DNA from: Vicinamibacterales bacterium
GTDB taxonomy: Bacteria > Acidobacteriota > Vicinamibacteria > Vicinamibacterales > 2-12-FULL-66-21
Direction: 5' to 3'
Length of the DNA: 64,000 bases
Assembly: GCA_036278735.1 (NCBI GenBank)
Contig: DASUKM010000055.1
Coordinates: 64,683 to 128,682, forward strand
Below the pieces are notes generated by a model that was given only the letters and a program-made list of their open reading frames with translations, ran no database searches and was not told the DNA's origin. Position 1 is the stretch's first letter. Each line of letters starts with the position of its first letter. The position numbers and the translations under genes are program-made. Positions 18,920-28,050 of the stretch are shown here, one piece after another.

Positions 18920-21028
18920 TTACGCCCGCAGCGTGACCGGCAGGCGCGTCTCCACGACACCGAACGCACGGGCCGCGGTGCCGATCGCCGGGGCCGTACA
19001 CACGAGCGGCGTCTCCCCCGCGCCGGCCGATGGCAAGTCGCGGCGGTCGATCAGCACGATGTCGATGGCGGGGATGTCCTTGAAGCGCGGCACGCGGTAC
19101 TGCTCCATCGTGCCGTTCAGGAGCCGGCCGTTCTCGAACTGCATCGCTTCGAACAGCGCGCCGCCGAGCCCCTGAATCATCGCCCCCTCGACCTGGTTCT
19201 TCAGGCCGTCGGGATCCACGATCGCGCCGCACTCGAAGACGTTGACCATCCGCTCGACCTTGAAGCCGGCACCCGCTTTCGACAGCTCCGCGGCGCTCGC
19301 GACGTATCCGCCTTTTTCCGTGCCGCAGGCGATCCCGAGCGCGCGGCCGGCGGCCGACGGCTTGGGCCAGCCGATCTTCTGAGCGGCCGCCTTCAGCACC
19401 GCCTCGACGCGCGGGTCGCTCAGGTGCCGCAGCCGGAACTCGACGGCGTCCACGCCGAGCGCGCGGGCCATCGCGTCCATGTGCATCTCGCGCGCGTAGT
19501 GATTCGCCGTCGCGGCCAGGCCGCGATACGAGCCCTGGCGCAGCGGCGAGTCGCACGGATGGAACTCGATCCGGGTATTCGGGATGTCGTACGGCGTCTC
19601 GATGCCGGAGCCCCCCGAGTTCCAGTTGTCGTACTCCCAGGCGACGATCCGCCCGGCGGCGTCCACGCGGCTGCGGATGTCGATCACGCCGGCTGGGCGG
19701 AAGTACGCCCACATGAACTCCTCGGCGCGCGTCCACACGACCTTCACCGGCTGTCCGGCTGCCTTCGCGAGCCGCGCGGCTTCGATGGCGCACTCGCCGG
19801 TGTGCTTGCCGCCGTACGCGGCGCCCATGTCGGGCATCAGGACGTGGACGCGTTCGTCGGGCAGATGGAAGGCGCCGGCCAGCTCGGTGCGCACGCCGAA
19901 GGGGCGCTGCGTGCCGGTCCAGACCGTCAGGTTCCCGTCTTTCCACTCGGCCACGGCCGCGCGCGGCTCCATCGGGACGTGCGCGATGTACGGGATCAGA
20001 TACGTCGCCTCGAACGCGCGCGCGCCGCGGACGCTCGACACGTCGCCGCGAACCGACGGCCGGCCGCCGCGCCCTTCCGTATCGGGATGCTTCTTCAGAT
20101 AGTCGTAAATGGTCGACGACGACGGCTGGCCGGACGGTACGGTCCACGTCGCCTGCACCGCCGCCGCGGCGCGCTTTGCCTCGCGATCGGTCGGCGCGAC
20201 CACGCCGACGAAGTCGCCGTCGCGCACCAGCTTCACGCCGGGCATGGCGGTCGCGCGGCTCGCGTCGATTGAGGCGAGCGTCGCGCCGTACGCCTCCGGC
20301 CGGACAATCCGGCCGAACAGCATGCCGGGACGCACGACATCGGACGGGTACTGGTGCGCCCCGACGACGAAGTCGCGGGCGTTCACCTTCTTCGGCGACG
20401 TGCCGCGCACCTGCCAGGCGGTCCGCGGCTGCTGCGGCGCGTCCGCTTCGATCGTCCCAGTCAGCGGCTGCCCCTTCGTGATCTCGCCGTACGAGAGCGA
20501 CCGGCCGCCCGGACCGGTCACGCGCCCATCGTGCGCGGTCAGCGTCGCAGCCTCGACGTGCCACGCCGTCGCGGCCTGCGCGATCAGCATCTCGCGCGCC
20601 GTGGCTGCCGCCTTCGCGAAAATCGGCCCCATCGTCGGCGTCGTGCGCGATCCGAACGTGCCCGCGTCGTACGGCGTCCGGTCCGTGTCCCCCATGACGA
20701 GCGTGATCGCGCTCATCGGGACACGCAGTTCGTCGGCGACCTGCTCGGCGAGTGCGGTCCGCGCGTTCTGGCCGATCTCGACCTTCCCGGTGCTGCCCGT
20801 CACCCGGCCGCTCTCGTCGATGTGCAGCCACGCGGCGAGGTTCACCGGCTCGGCGTGCGCGCCGCCGCGGCCGCGGCCCGATTCCTGCGCCAGCACGTCG
20901 GGCATCGTGACGAGCACGAGCAGCCCGCCCCCGAGCAGCTTGAGGAAGCCGCGGCGCTCGAAGTCGAAGTGGTAGCGCGGCGTTTCCGCAAACTCGTAGC
21001 GTTCCGGTTCCGCACGCGGCAGCGTCAT
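18920..21028 (-). CDS. Xanthine dehydrogenase family molybdopterin subunit (isoquinoline 1-oxidoreductase beta-like), Tat-exported
   Basis: RRGFLKLLGGG twin-arginine motif, GKVEIGQN, AHVPMEP, GAAYGGK, NQVEGA, GAGE. ATGA overlap with the upstream Fe-S gene. Confidence 0.9.
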   Translation of the reverse strand: MTLPRAEPERYEFAETPRYHFDFERRGFLKLLGGGLLVLVTMPDVLAQESGRGRGGAHAEPVNLAAWLHIDESGRVTGSTGKVEIGQNARTALAEQVADELRVPMSAITLVMGDTDRTPYDAGTFGSRTTPTMGPIFAKAAATAREMLIAQAATAWHVEAATLTAHDGRVTGPGGRSLSYGEITKGQPLTGTIEADAPQQPRTAWQVRGTSPKKVNARDFVVGAHQYPSDVVRPGMLFGRIVRPEAYGATLASIDASRATAMPGVKLVRDGDFVGVVAPTDREAKRAAAAVQATWTVPSGQPSSSTIYDYLKKHPDTEGRGGRPSVRGDVSSVRGARAFEATYLIPYIAHVPMEPRAAVAEWKDGNLTVWTGTQRPFGVRTELAGAFHLPDERVHVLMPDMGAAYGGKHTGECAIEAARLAKAAGQPVKVVWTRAEEFMWAYFRPAGVIDIRSRVDAAGRIVAWEYDNWNSGGSGIETPYDIPNTRIEFHPCDSPLRQGSYRGLAATANHYAREMHMDAMARALGVDAVEFRLRHLSDPRVEAVLKAAAQKIGWPKPSAAGRALGIACGTEKGGYVASAAELSKAGAGFKVERMVNVFECGAIVDPDGLKNQVEGAMIQGLGGALFEAMQFENGRLLNGTMEQYRVPRFKDIPAIDIVLIDRRDLPSAGAGETPLVCTAPAIGTAARAFGVVETRLPVTLRA

Positions 21029-21534
21029 CGCGATTCTCCGGTCATGGGCGATCCGCCCGACGTCGTGCTCGATCGCATCCGCTCGGCGGCGCGCTGCACG
21101 GCGTCGACGATCCGCGGGAAGGTGCCGCAGCGGCAGACGTTGCGATCCATCACGCGCGCGATGTCCTGAGCGGAAGGAGCCAGGTTCGTGCGGAGCAGCC
21201 CGACGGCCGCCATGATCATGCCGGAGGTGCAGTAGCCGCACTGGAACGCTTCGGCATCGAGAAACGCCTGCTGAACCGGATGGAGCGTGTCGCCGGTGGC
21301 CAGCGATTCGATCGTCGTGATCGGCTTGCCGGCCACCGCGCCGACGCGCGCGACGCACGAGCGCGTCGTCATCCCGTCGACGAGCACGGTGCAGGCGCCG
21401 CAGAAGCCCTCGCCGCAACCGAACTTGCTGCCGGTGAGGTTCAGTTCGTAGCGGAGGACGGAGAGGAGGCTGTCGCCAGGCTCGGCCTCGACCTCATGGT
21501 CGCGATCGTTCACGCGAAGGACATAGCGAGCCAT
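21025..21534 (-). CDS. (2Fe-2S)-binding subunit (IorA/CoxS-like)
   Basis: GSKFGCGEGFCGACTV, QCGYCTSG, NVCRCG. Extended -10 TGcTAGAAT lies 7 nt before ATG 21534. Confidence 0.92.
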   Translation of the reverse strand: MARYVLRVNDRDHEVEAEPGDSLLSVLRYELNLTGSKFGCGEGFCGACTVLVDGMTTRSCVARVGAVAGKPITTIESLATGDTLHPVQQAFLDAEAFQCGYCTSGMIMAAVGLLRTNLAPSAQDIARVMDRNVCRCGTFPRIVDAVQRAAERMRSSTTSGGSPMTGESR

Positions 21535-21549
21535 AGGGTGAATTCTAGC

Positions 21550-21670
21550 ATTGGCGATGGCCGAGGGCCGATTGCCGATCGAAATCCCATTGCAGATTGG
21601 CGAGTGGGATTGCAGATTGACGAGTGGGATTGCAGATTGGTGAGTGGGATTGCAGATTGGCCGATTGGGC
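21550..21670. repeat. GATTG-family array containing a 20-nt higher-order repeat (about 3.6 copies)
   Basis: ATTGCAGATTGGCGAGTGGG period from 21589 to 21661, flanked by degenerate GATTG units. Confidence 0.85.
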
Positions 21671-21689
21671 TGCAGCTGAGGCGTACCCC

Positions 21690-21705
21690 CGGCACACAAG
21701 ATGCA
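21690..21705 (+). promoter_or_regulatory. Candidate sigma54 (-24/-12) promoter
   Basis: CGGCACACAAGATGCA: GG-N10-GC with GGCAC and TGCA, upstream of CDS 21859. Confidence 0.5.
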
Positions 21706-21858
21706 GTCCTTGATCATCGCCGTCTGTTGCCCCCCGCGGCCCGGCGACGTGCTCCTGAAAACGAAACCGCCACCTGGTCCGCTTGGCTGACAAGAGGCCG
21801 CGCACGCTCGTGCCCGGCCAGGCCGCAGGCGGCGTGAACGTCATAAAGGAGGACGAAC

Positions 21859-22479
21859 ATGGCAATACACGACGAAGGCGCGGTCCCGTTGGATGCGGCC
21901 GCGCGTGAACGGCGATTCGTCGAGCGGCGTACCCCGTCGGTGACGCGCGTCGAACTGGCCCCGGCATTGGCGCGTGTGTCGTGGAGCGGCGTCTGGGGCG
22001 GGTTCCTGATTGCGCTCGGGATCTGGATCACGCTGGCCGCGCTCGGGGCCGGAATCGGCCTGTCGGGCCTGCGCCCGAACGTGAGCGTCGGAACCGCAGG
22101 ACTGGGCACCGCGACCGGCGCGTGGCTCTACGTCACCGGCCTCATCGCGCTGTTCTTCGGCGGCGCATTCGGCACACGGCTCGCGATGGTCGTCGACGGC
22201 GCGGTGGCCTGGCTCGAAGCGACACTGATCTGGACCTTTGCGCTGGTGCTCGCCATGGCGGGCGCCACGGCGCTCGTCAGCGTCGCGGCCGCCTATCCGG
22301 CCGCCGCACAGGCGGTCGTGCAGGGCAACCCGGCGGCGGCGGCGACGGGCGGGATGAGCGCGGCGGCGTGGCTCACGTTCATCGGCATCGTGGTCGCCTG
22401 GGTCGTGACGGTTGTGGGCAGCTTCTGGGGCCGCGCCCAGGCCAGAGGACGGGCGCATGCGCTCGGACTGGCGGCGTGA
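21859..22479 (+). CDS. Small multi-pass membrane protein of unknown function
   Basis: RVSWSGVWGG followed by 4 Ala/Gly-rich TM helices; strong AAGGAGG SD. Confidence 0.75.
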   Translation: MAIHDEGAVPLDAAARERRFVERRTPSVTRVELAPALARVSWSGVWGGFLIALGIWITLAALGAGIGLSGLRPNVSVGTAGLGTATGAWLYVTGLIALFFGGAFGTRLAMVVDGAVAWLEATLIWTFALVLAMAGATALVSVAAAYPAAAQAVVQGNPAAAATGGMSAAAWLTFIGIVVAWVVTVVGSFWGRAQARGRAHALGLAA

Positions 22480-22540
22480 GGCCGGACGCGAGGTATTCCC
22501 GACACGCGCGCGGAGGCGCTCCGGCATTTAAAATGTCGGG

Positions 22541-23158
22541 GTGCTTCCCCTCGTCGTCGGCGTCGCCGGCGGGTCCGGCTCCGGCAAGACCACCGTCGTA
22601 CGGCGCATCGTCGAGAGCCTCGGCGACGCGCAGGTCACGGTGCTCGAGCACGATCGCTACTACCGCGATCGCCACGACCTGCGCCTCGACGAGCGCGCGG
22701 CGCTGAACTACGATCACCCCGACTCGCTCGAAACCGACCTGCTCGTGCGCCACGTGCACGCGCTGCGCGACGGGCACGCCGTCGAGGCGCCGCTGTACGA
22801 TTTCGCGCGGCACGCGCGTCAACCCGGGACCGAAACGCTCGCACCGCGCACCGCCCTCATCGTCGAGGGCATCCTGATCTTCACGGACCCCGCGCTGCGC
22901 GCCCTGATGGACGTCAAGGTCTTCGTCGACACCGACGACGACACCCGCTTCATCCGCCGCCTGCAGCGCGACATCGCCGAACGCGGCCGCACGGTCCAGT
23001 CGGTGATCGATCAGTACCTCGGGACCGTGAAGCCCATGCACCTGGAATTCGTCGAGCCGAGCAAGCGCTACGCCGACATCATCGTCCCGCAGGGGGGCCA
23101 CAACGTCGTCGCCATCGACATGCTGCTCACGCTGATCCGGAGCCTCGCGAACCGCTGA
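22541..23158 (+). CDS. udk: Uridine kinase
   Basis: GVAGGSGSGKTT, DRYY, NYDHPDS, IVEGIL, RRLQRD..ERGR, PMH..FVEPSKRYADII. Confidence 0.95.
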   Translation: MLPLVVGVAGGSGSGKTTVVRRIVESLGDAQVTVLEHDRYYRDRHDLRLDERAALNYDHPDSLETDLLVRHVHALRDGHAVEAPLYDFARHARQPGTETLAPRTALIVEGILIFTDPALRALMDVKVFVDTDDDTRFIRRLQRDIAERGRTVQSVIDQYLGTVKPMHLEFVEPSKRYADIIVPQGGHNVVAIDMLLTLIRSLANR

Positions 23159-23215
23159 GACCGCACGGGCTGGCCGTCCGCGCGGTCCCTGGCCGTCCGC
23201 GTGCGCCGTGGCCGC

Positions 23216-23800
23216 TTAGCCTGCCTTGCGCACGTCGTTCAGACGGACGGGCTGGTCGGCAAAGTCCTCCAGCTCGATGACGCCGTCGTCGGCGGATACG
23301 AGCCGCGTCGCGATCGACAGCTTGCCGACACCGTGATCGTCCTTGTCGAGCTGGAGCTGGATCAGCGTGAACGGATAATTCAGCGTGCGCGCGGCGTTCG
23401 TCACTTCCCAATAGCTGATGGGCCGGTCCGTCGCGAGCACCACTTTGCGGCCGCCGTCGGGCTGGGCGACCTGACGTGCGTAGTGCAGGTCGTAGCGCAG
23501 CGTCCCCGGCGTGTTGATATAGCCGACGACCGGTTGCTTCTGCAGCGCCGTCAGCAGGGCGTCCTGCCCCTTTTGCTTGAAGATCGACAGCAGCTCGTCC
23601 CGCGTGGCATCCGGCGACCAGCGGTTGATGACGATGTCGACCGTCGTCGCGGCGGCACGCGGCGCCGCACTGCTGATGTTCACGGCAAACGCAGTGAAAT
23701 GCTCCGGCAGGTCCTGCTTGGTCTGCGCCGTCAAGGGCGTCGCGGCCAGCGCCACCGCGACCGCCACAGCGGCGCCGGCGCCATAAACGAATCTCGTCAT
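23216..23800 (-). CDS. Secreted hypothetical protein
   Basis: Signal peptide (LTA-Q), GGAGG SD before ATG 23800, globular sequence (LATDRPISYWE, YPFTLIQL). Confidence 0.75.
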   Translation of the reverse strand: MTRFVYGAGAAVAVAVALAATPLTAQTKQDLPEHFTAFAVNISSAAPRAAATTVDIVINRWSPDATRDELLSIFKQKGQDALLTALQKQPVVGYINTPGTLRYDLHYARQVAQPDGGRKVVLATDRPISYWEVTNAARTLNYPFTLIQLQLDKDDHGVGKLSIATRLVSADDGVIELEDFADQPVRLNDVRKAG

Positions 23801-23963
23801 CAGATGCCTCCTCGCGCGTCGATTGCACGCGTCCGCCCCTCGTAATGCAACCCTTCGGCCCAGCCGAAGCCCGTCTGCAACGCGGCGCAACGCGGGGGTC
23901 AGATCTTGTTTCTTGCACGAGTGGCCTCGGCAGGTGACACTCGTGACCCTCCCCGGCGGCATC

Positions 23964-24404
23964 TCACCCCGTGGCGCCGAAGCCGCCGCGGGACGTGCCG
24001 CGCAACGCCTCGGCCTCGACCCAGCGCGCGCGCAGGACGGGCAGGAACAGCCCTTGCGCGATCCGATCGCCGGGCTCGAGCCGGACGGCGGACGCCGTGA
24101 AGTTCAGCACTTCAATCTTGACTTCGTCTTCCGGCCCACAGTAATCGCTGTCGATCACGCCCACGCCATTGGCCACCATCAGGCCCCGTTTGAGCGGCGT
24201 GCTGCTGCGGGCGAAAATGCCGAGGCAGTATCCGGGGGGCACTTCGATGACCAACCCGGTCGGCACGAGCGCCACCTCTCCCGGCTGGACGACCAGCGCG
24301 TCGCTCGCCGACAAATCGAACCCGGCAGCCCCTGCGCTTTGATACCGTGGCAGCGTCGCGGACGCGCGAAGCCGCCGGATCCGTACATCGAGCATCTCCG
24401 GCAT
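23964..24404 (-). CDS. dut: Trimeric dUTP diphosphatase
   Basis: AGFDL, RSS, GVIDSDY.G, DRIAQ, RGGFGATG. ATG 24404 is 7 nt after TAGAGT. Confidence 0.95.
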   Translation of the reverse strand: MPEMLDVRIRRLRASATLPRYQSAGAAGFDLSASDALVVQPGEVALVPTGLVIEVPPGYCLGIFARSSTPLKRGLMVANGVGVIDSDYCGPEDEVKIEVLNFTASAVRLEPGDRIAQGLFLPVLRARWVEAEALRGTSRGGFGATG

Positions 24405-24474
24405 GGCCGGCACTCTACAACGGTATTATCAGGACCGCCACGGAAAACAGGCGGTCCACCCGCTCCGCCCCATC

Positions 24475-24897
24475 ATGACCATCTATCTCGCCTGCACGGT
24501 CCGGGGCGACCGCGGCGCGGTCGCGGTGTTGCGCGCGCTTTGCGGCGCGCTGGCGGCGCGCGGTCATCACGTCCTCACGACGCATCTGCTCGACGACGAC
24601 GTGGACGCCGCCGAAGGCACGCTGACCGAACAGGACGTGTACACGCGCGACATCGCGTGGCTCGACGCCTGCGACGTGCTGATTGCCGAAGCGTCCGGCT
24701 CGAGCTACGGGGTCGGATTCGAGGTGGGCTACGTGCTCGGGCGCGATCGCGGGCAGCGGGTCCTGCTGCTCTACCGCGCCGATCGAGGGGCTCGGGTATC
24801 GAGGTTGATAGCCGGCAACGCGCATCCGCGCTGTCGCGTGCACGCCTATCGCGACGGCGACGACCTCGTGCGGTTCGTCGAGTCGGCGATTGGATAG
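24475..24897 (+). CDS. Nucleoside 2-deoxyribosyltransferase-fold protein, Rcl/DNPH1-like deoxynucleotide N-hydrolase
   Basis: IYLACTVRG.R, VLTTHL, VYTRDIAWL..CDVLIAE.S..SYGVGFEVG (catalytic Glu), VSRLIAG. Confidence 0.8.
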   Translation: MTIYLACTVRGDRGAVAVLRALCGALAARGHHVLTTHLLDDDVDAAEGTLTEQDVYTRDIAWLDACDVLIAEASGSSYGVGFEVGYVLGRDRGQRVLLLYRADRGARVSRLIAGNAHPRCRVHAYRDGDDLVRFVESAIG

Positions 24898-24939
24898 GGA
24901 CGCCGCGTCCCCAGGAGGATGCGGCGCATCGGCGCTGGA

Positions 24940-27900
24940 TCAGCGCTCGGTCGATCGCTGCGGCTCGAGGCGCGCGAGCACGGGCTGCGCGGCGACGCCG
25001 CGATGACGCGTCAGCCGTTCCTGCAGCAGTTCCATGTACACGTAGAACACGGGGGTGACGTAGAGCGTCAGCGTCTGCGAGACGAGCAGCCCGCCGACGA
25101 CCGCCAGGCCGAGCGGACGCCGGGCTTCGGCGCCGGCACCCCAGCCGAGCGCGATCGGCAGCGTGCCCATCAGGGCCGCCATCGTCGTCATCATGATCGG
25201 CCGGAAGCGGACGAGACACGCCTGGTAGATGGCCTCGGCCGCCGTCATCTCCTTCTGCCGCCGCGCCTCGACGGCGAAATCGATCATCATGATCCCGTTC
25301 TTCTTCACGAGGCCGACGAGCATGATGATGCCGACGAACGCGTAGATGTCGAGATCCTGGCGGAAGATCAACAGCGTGAGCAGCGCGCCGAAGCCGGCGG
25401 CCGGGAGCCCCGAGAGGATGGTAATCGGGTGGATGAAGCTCTCGTAGAGGATCCCGAGCACGACGTAGATGACGAAGATGGCGAGGCCGAGGACCCAGCC
25501 CAGACCGGTCAGTGAATCCTGGAACGCCTGCGCGGCCCCCTGGAAGCTGCCGGCCACGGTCGCGGGCAGGGTATCGCGTGCGAGCGCGTCCACGCGGTCC
25601 ACCGCTTCGCCGAGCGACACGCCGGGCGCGAGATTGAACGACATCGTCACCGACGGGAGCTGCCCCGTGTGGTTGACGGACTGCGGCCCGACGGTCTGGT
25701 GCGTGGTGGCGACGGTCGAGAGCGGGATCAGCGTGCCCGACGGCGTCTGCATGTAGAGCATCGAGAGCGCGGCGGGGTTGTTCTGGAACTCCGGCGCGAC
25801 CTGCATGATCACTTCGTACTCGTCGTTCGGCGCGAAGATCTGCGACACCTGCCGCGAGCCGTAGGCCGACGTGAGCGCCGACTCCACCTGGTCGACGGTG
25901 AGGCCGAGCGCGGCGATGTGCTCGCGGTCGAGATCGACGGTGATCTGCGGATTCTTGATCTGCAGGTCGGAGTTGACGTCCTCGAGGCCGGGAATGTCGT
26001 GCAGCTTCGCCTCGAACTGCGGCGCGACGCGGTACAGCTCCTCGGTGTCCGGATCCTGCAGCGTGTACTGATACTGGCTGTGCGTGTGATAGCCCCCGAT
26101 CCGGATCGCCGGGGGGTTCGTGAAGAAGGACTGCACGCCGGGCACCTTCGCCAGCTTCGGCCGCAGTTCGTCGATCACCTGATCGGCGCTCAGCGAGCGC
26201 TGATCGCGCGGCTTGAGGTCGACGTTCAGCCGCGCCGAATTGTCCCCCCCGACGTTGGCCGTGTAGGACGCGACGTTCGGGTCGGCCGCCACGATGCCCA
26301 TGACCTCTTTCATGTGCGCGACCATCGCCTCGAACCCGATGCCCTGGACGGCCTGCACGTCGCCGTTGATCTGGCCCGTATCGACGCTGGGGATGAACCC
26401 CTTGGGAATCACCACGAAGAGATAGCCGGTGCCGACGAGCAGCCCGACGAGCACCATCATCGTCGTGAAGCGGTGCTTGATCGTCTGCCGGAGCGTCCAC
26501 CCGTAGAACCGCAGCGAGCCGTCGAACATGCGTTCGATCGCGTTGTAGAACGCGCCGTGCCGCACGTCGTGCATCGGCTTCAGGAACCGGCTGCACAGCA
26601 TCGGCGTCAGCGTCAGCGACACGACGCCCGACACGAGAATCGCCGACGCGATCGTCACCGCGAACTCGTGCATCAGCCGTCCGACGATCCCCCCCATGAA
26701 CAGCACCGGGATGAAGACCGCCGCGAGCGAAATCGTCATCGACAGAATCGTGAACGAGATTTCCTTCGAGCCGTCCAGCGCGGCCGCCATCCGCCCTTCG
26801 CCCATCTCCATGTGACGGACGATGTTCTCGAGCATGACGATGGCGTCGTCGACCACGAAGCCGACCGACAGCGTGAGCGCCATCAGCGACAGGTTGTCGA
26901 GGCTGTATCCGAGCGCGTACATGACGGCAAACGTCCCGACAATCGAGAACGGCAGCGCCAGGCTCGGGATAATCGTCGCCGAGACGTTCCGGAGGAACAG
27001 GAAGATGACGAGGACGACGAGGAAGACGGTCAGCAGCAGCGTGAACTTGACGTCGTTGACGGACTCGCGAATCGAGACCGACCTGTCGCTGCGGATGGCG
27101 AGCTGGACCGCGCCCGGCAGCTGGGCCTGCAGTTGCGGCAGCACCGCCTTCACCGCGTCGACCACTTCGACGGTGTTGGTGCCCGGCTGCCGCATGATCG
27201 CCAGGTAGATCGTCCGGGTGCCGTTGAACCAGCTCGCGTTGCGCGGGTTCTCGACGCCGTCGTACACGTGCGCGACCTCGTCGAGCCGCACGGGACTGCC
27301 GTTGCGGTAGGCGACCACGATCGGCCGGTACGCCGCCGCGTCCATCAACTGGCCGCTCGCCTGCACCACGAAGTTCTTCGTCGGCCCGTACAGCGTGCCG
27401 GTCGGCCGGTTCACGTTGGCGCCGCTGATCGCGTCGGCGACCTGATCGATGCCGATCTGCCGCGAGGCGAGCTGCGTCGGGTCCACGTCGATCCGGACGG
27501 CGAACTTCTGCGCGCCGTACACGTTCACCTGCGCGACGCCGCTCACCATCGACAGCCGCTGCGAGAGCACGTCTTCCGCGTACCGGTCGACCTGCGAGAG
27601 CGGCAGCGTCGCCGAGCTGAGCGTGAGGAACATGATCGGCGAGTCGGCCGGGTTCGACTTGCTGTAGGACGGCGGCTCGGGCATCCCCGGCGGCAGGCCC
27701 CGCTGCGCGCGGGCAATCATGGACGCCACGTCCTGCGCGGCCGCGTCGATGTTGCGGTCGAGATCGAACTGCAGCGTGATGTTGGTGCTGCCCTGGCCGT
27801 TGCTCGAGCTGATCGACGTCACCCCGGCAATCGTCGAGAACTGCTTCTCGAGCGGCGTGGCGATCGACGAGGCCATCGTCTCCGGGTTCGCGCCGGGCAG

Positions 27901-28050
27901 GCTGGCTCGGACGGAAATCGTCGGATAGTCGACCGTCGGAAGATCGCTCACCGGCAGCAGCCGGTAGCCCATGATGCCGAAGATCAGGATGCTGGCGACG
28001 ATCAGCGTCGTCGCGACGGGGCGTCGAATGAATGGCTCGGCAAAATTCAT
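24940..28050 (-). CDS. RND efflux permease (MdtB/MdtC-like)
   Basis: FIRRPVAT, GFVVDDAIVMLENI, GLVKKNGIMMIDFA, RFRPIMMTT; 1036 aa. Confidence 0.95.
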   Translation of the reverse strand: MNFAEPFIRRPVATTLIVASILIFGIMGYRLLPVSDLPTVDYPTISVRASLPGANPETMASSIATPLEKQFSTIAGVTSISSSNGQGSTNITLQFDLDRNIDAAAQDVASMIARAQRGLPPGMPEPPSYSKSNPADSPIMFLTLSSATLPLSQVDRYAEDVLSQRLSMVSGVAQVNVYGAQKFAVRIDVDPTQLASRQIGIDQVADAISGANVNRPTGTLYGPTKNFVVQASGQLMDAAAYRPIVVAYRNGSPVRLDEVAHVYDGVENPRNASWFNGTRTIYLAIMRQPGTNTVEVVDAVKAVLPQLQAQLPGAVQLAIRSDRSVSIRESVNDVKFTLLLTVFLVVLVIFLFLRNVSATIIPSLALPFSIVGTFAVMYALGYSLDNLSLMALTLSVGFVVDDAIVMLENIVRHMEMGEGRMAAALDGSKEISFTILSMTISLAAVFIPVLFMGGIVGRLMHEFAVTIASAILVSGVVSLTLTPMLCSRFLKPMHDVRHGAFYNAIERMFDGSLRFYGWTLRQTIKHRFTTMMVLVGLLVGTGYLFVVIPKGFIPSVDTGQINGDVQAVQGIGFEAMVAHMKEVMGIVAADPNVASYTANVGGDNSARLNVDLKPRDQRSLSADQVIDELRPKLAKVPGVQSFFTNPPAIRIGGYHTHSQYQYTLQDPDTEELYRVAPQFEAKLHDIPGLEDVNSDLQIKNPQITVDLDREHIAALGLTVDQVESALTSAYGSRQVSQIFAPNDEYEVIMQVAPEFQNNPAALSMLYMQTPSGTLIPLSTVATTHQTVGPQSVNHTGQLPSVTMSFNLAPGVSLGEAVDRVDALARDTLPATVAGSFQGAAQAFQDSLTGLGWVLGLAIFVIYVVLGILYESFIHPITILSGLPAAGFGALLTLLIFRQDLDIYAFVGIIMLVGLVKKNGIMMIDFAVEARRQKEMTAAEAIYQACLVRFRPIMMTTMAALMGTLPIALGWGAGAEARRPLGLAVVGGLLVSQTLTLYVTPVFYVYMELLQERLTRHRGVAAQPVLARLEPQRSTER

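Noticed and set aside
21589..21661. Possible CRISPR or iteron array
   Set aside because: No spacers, no adjacent rep gene, and the units decompose into the GATTG heptamer family.
23845..23865. Fourth sigma54-like site on the - strand
   Set aside because: Only GG-N10-GC and TTGCA match; it lacks GGCA and overlaps a small hairpin.
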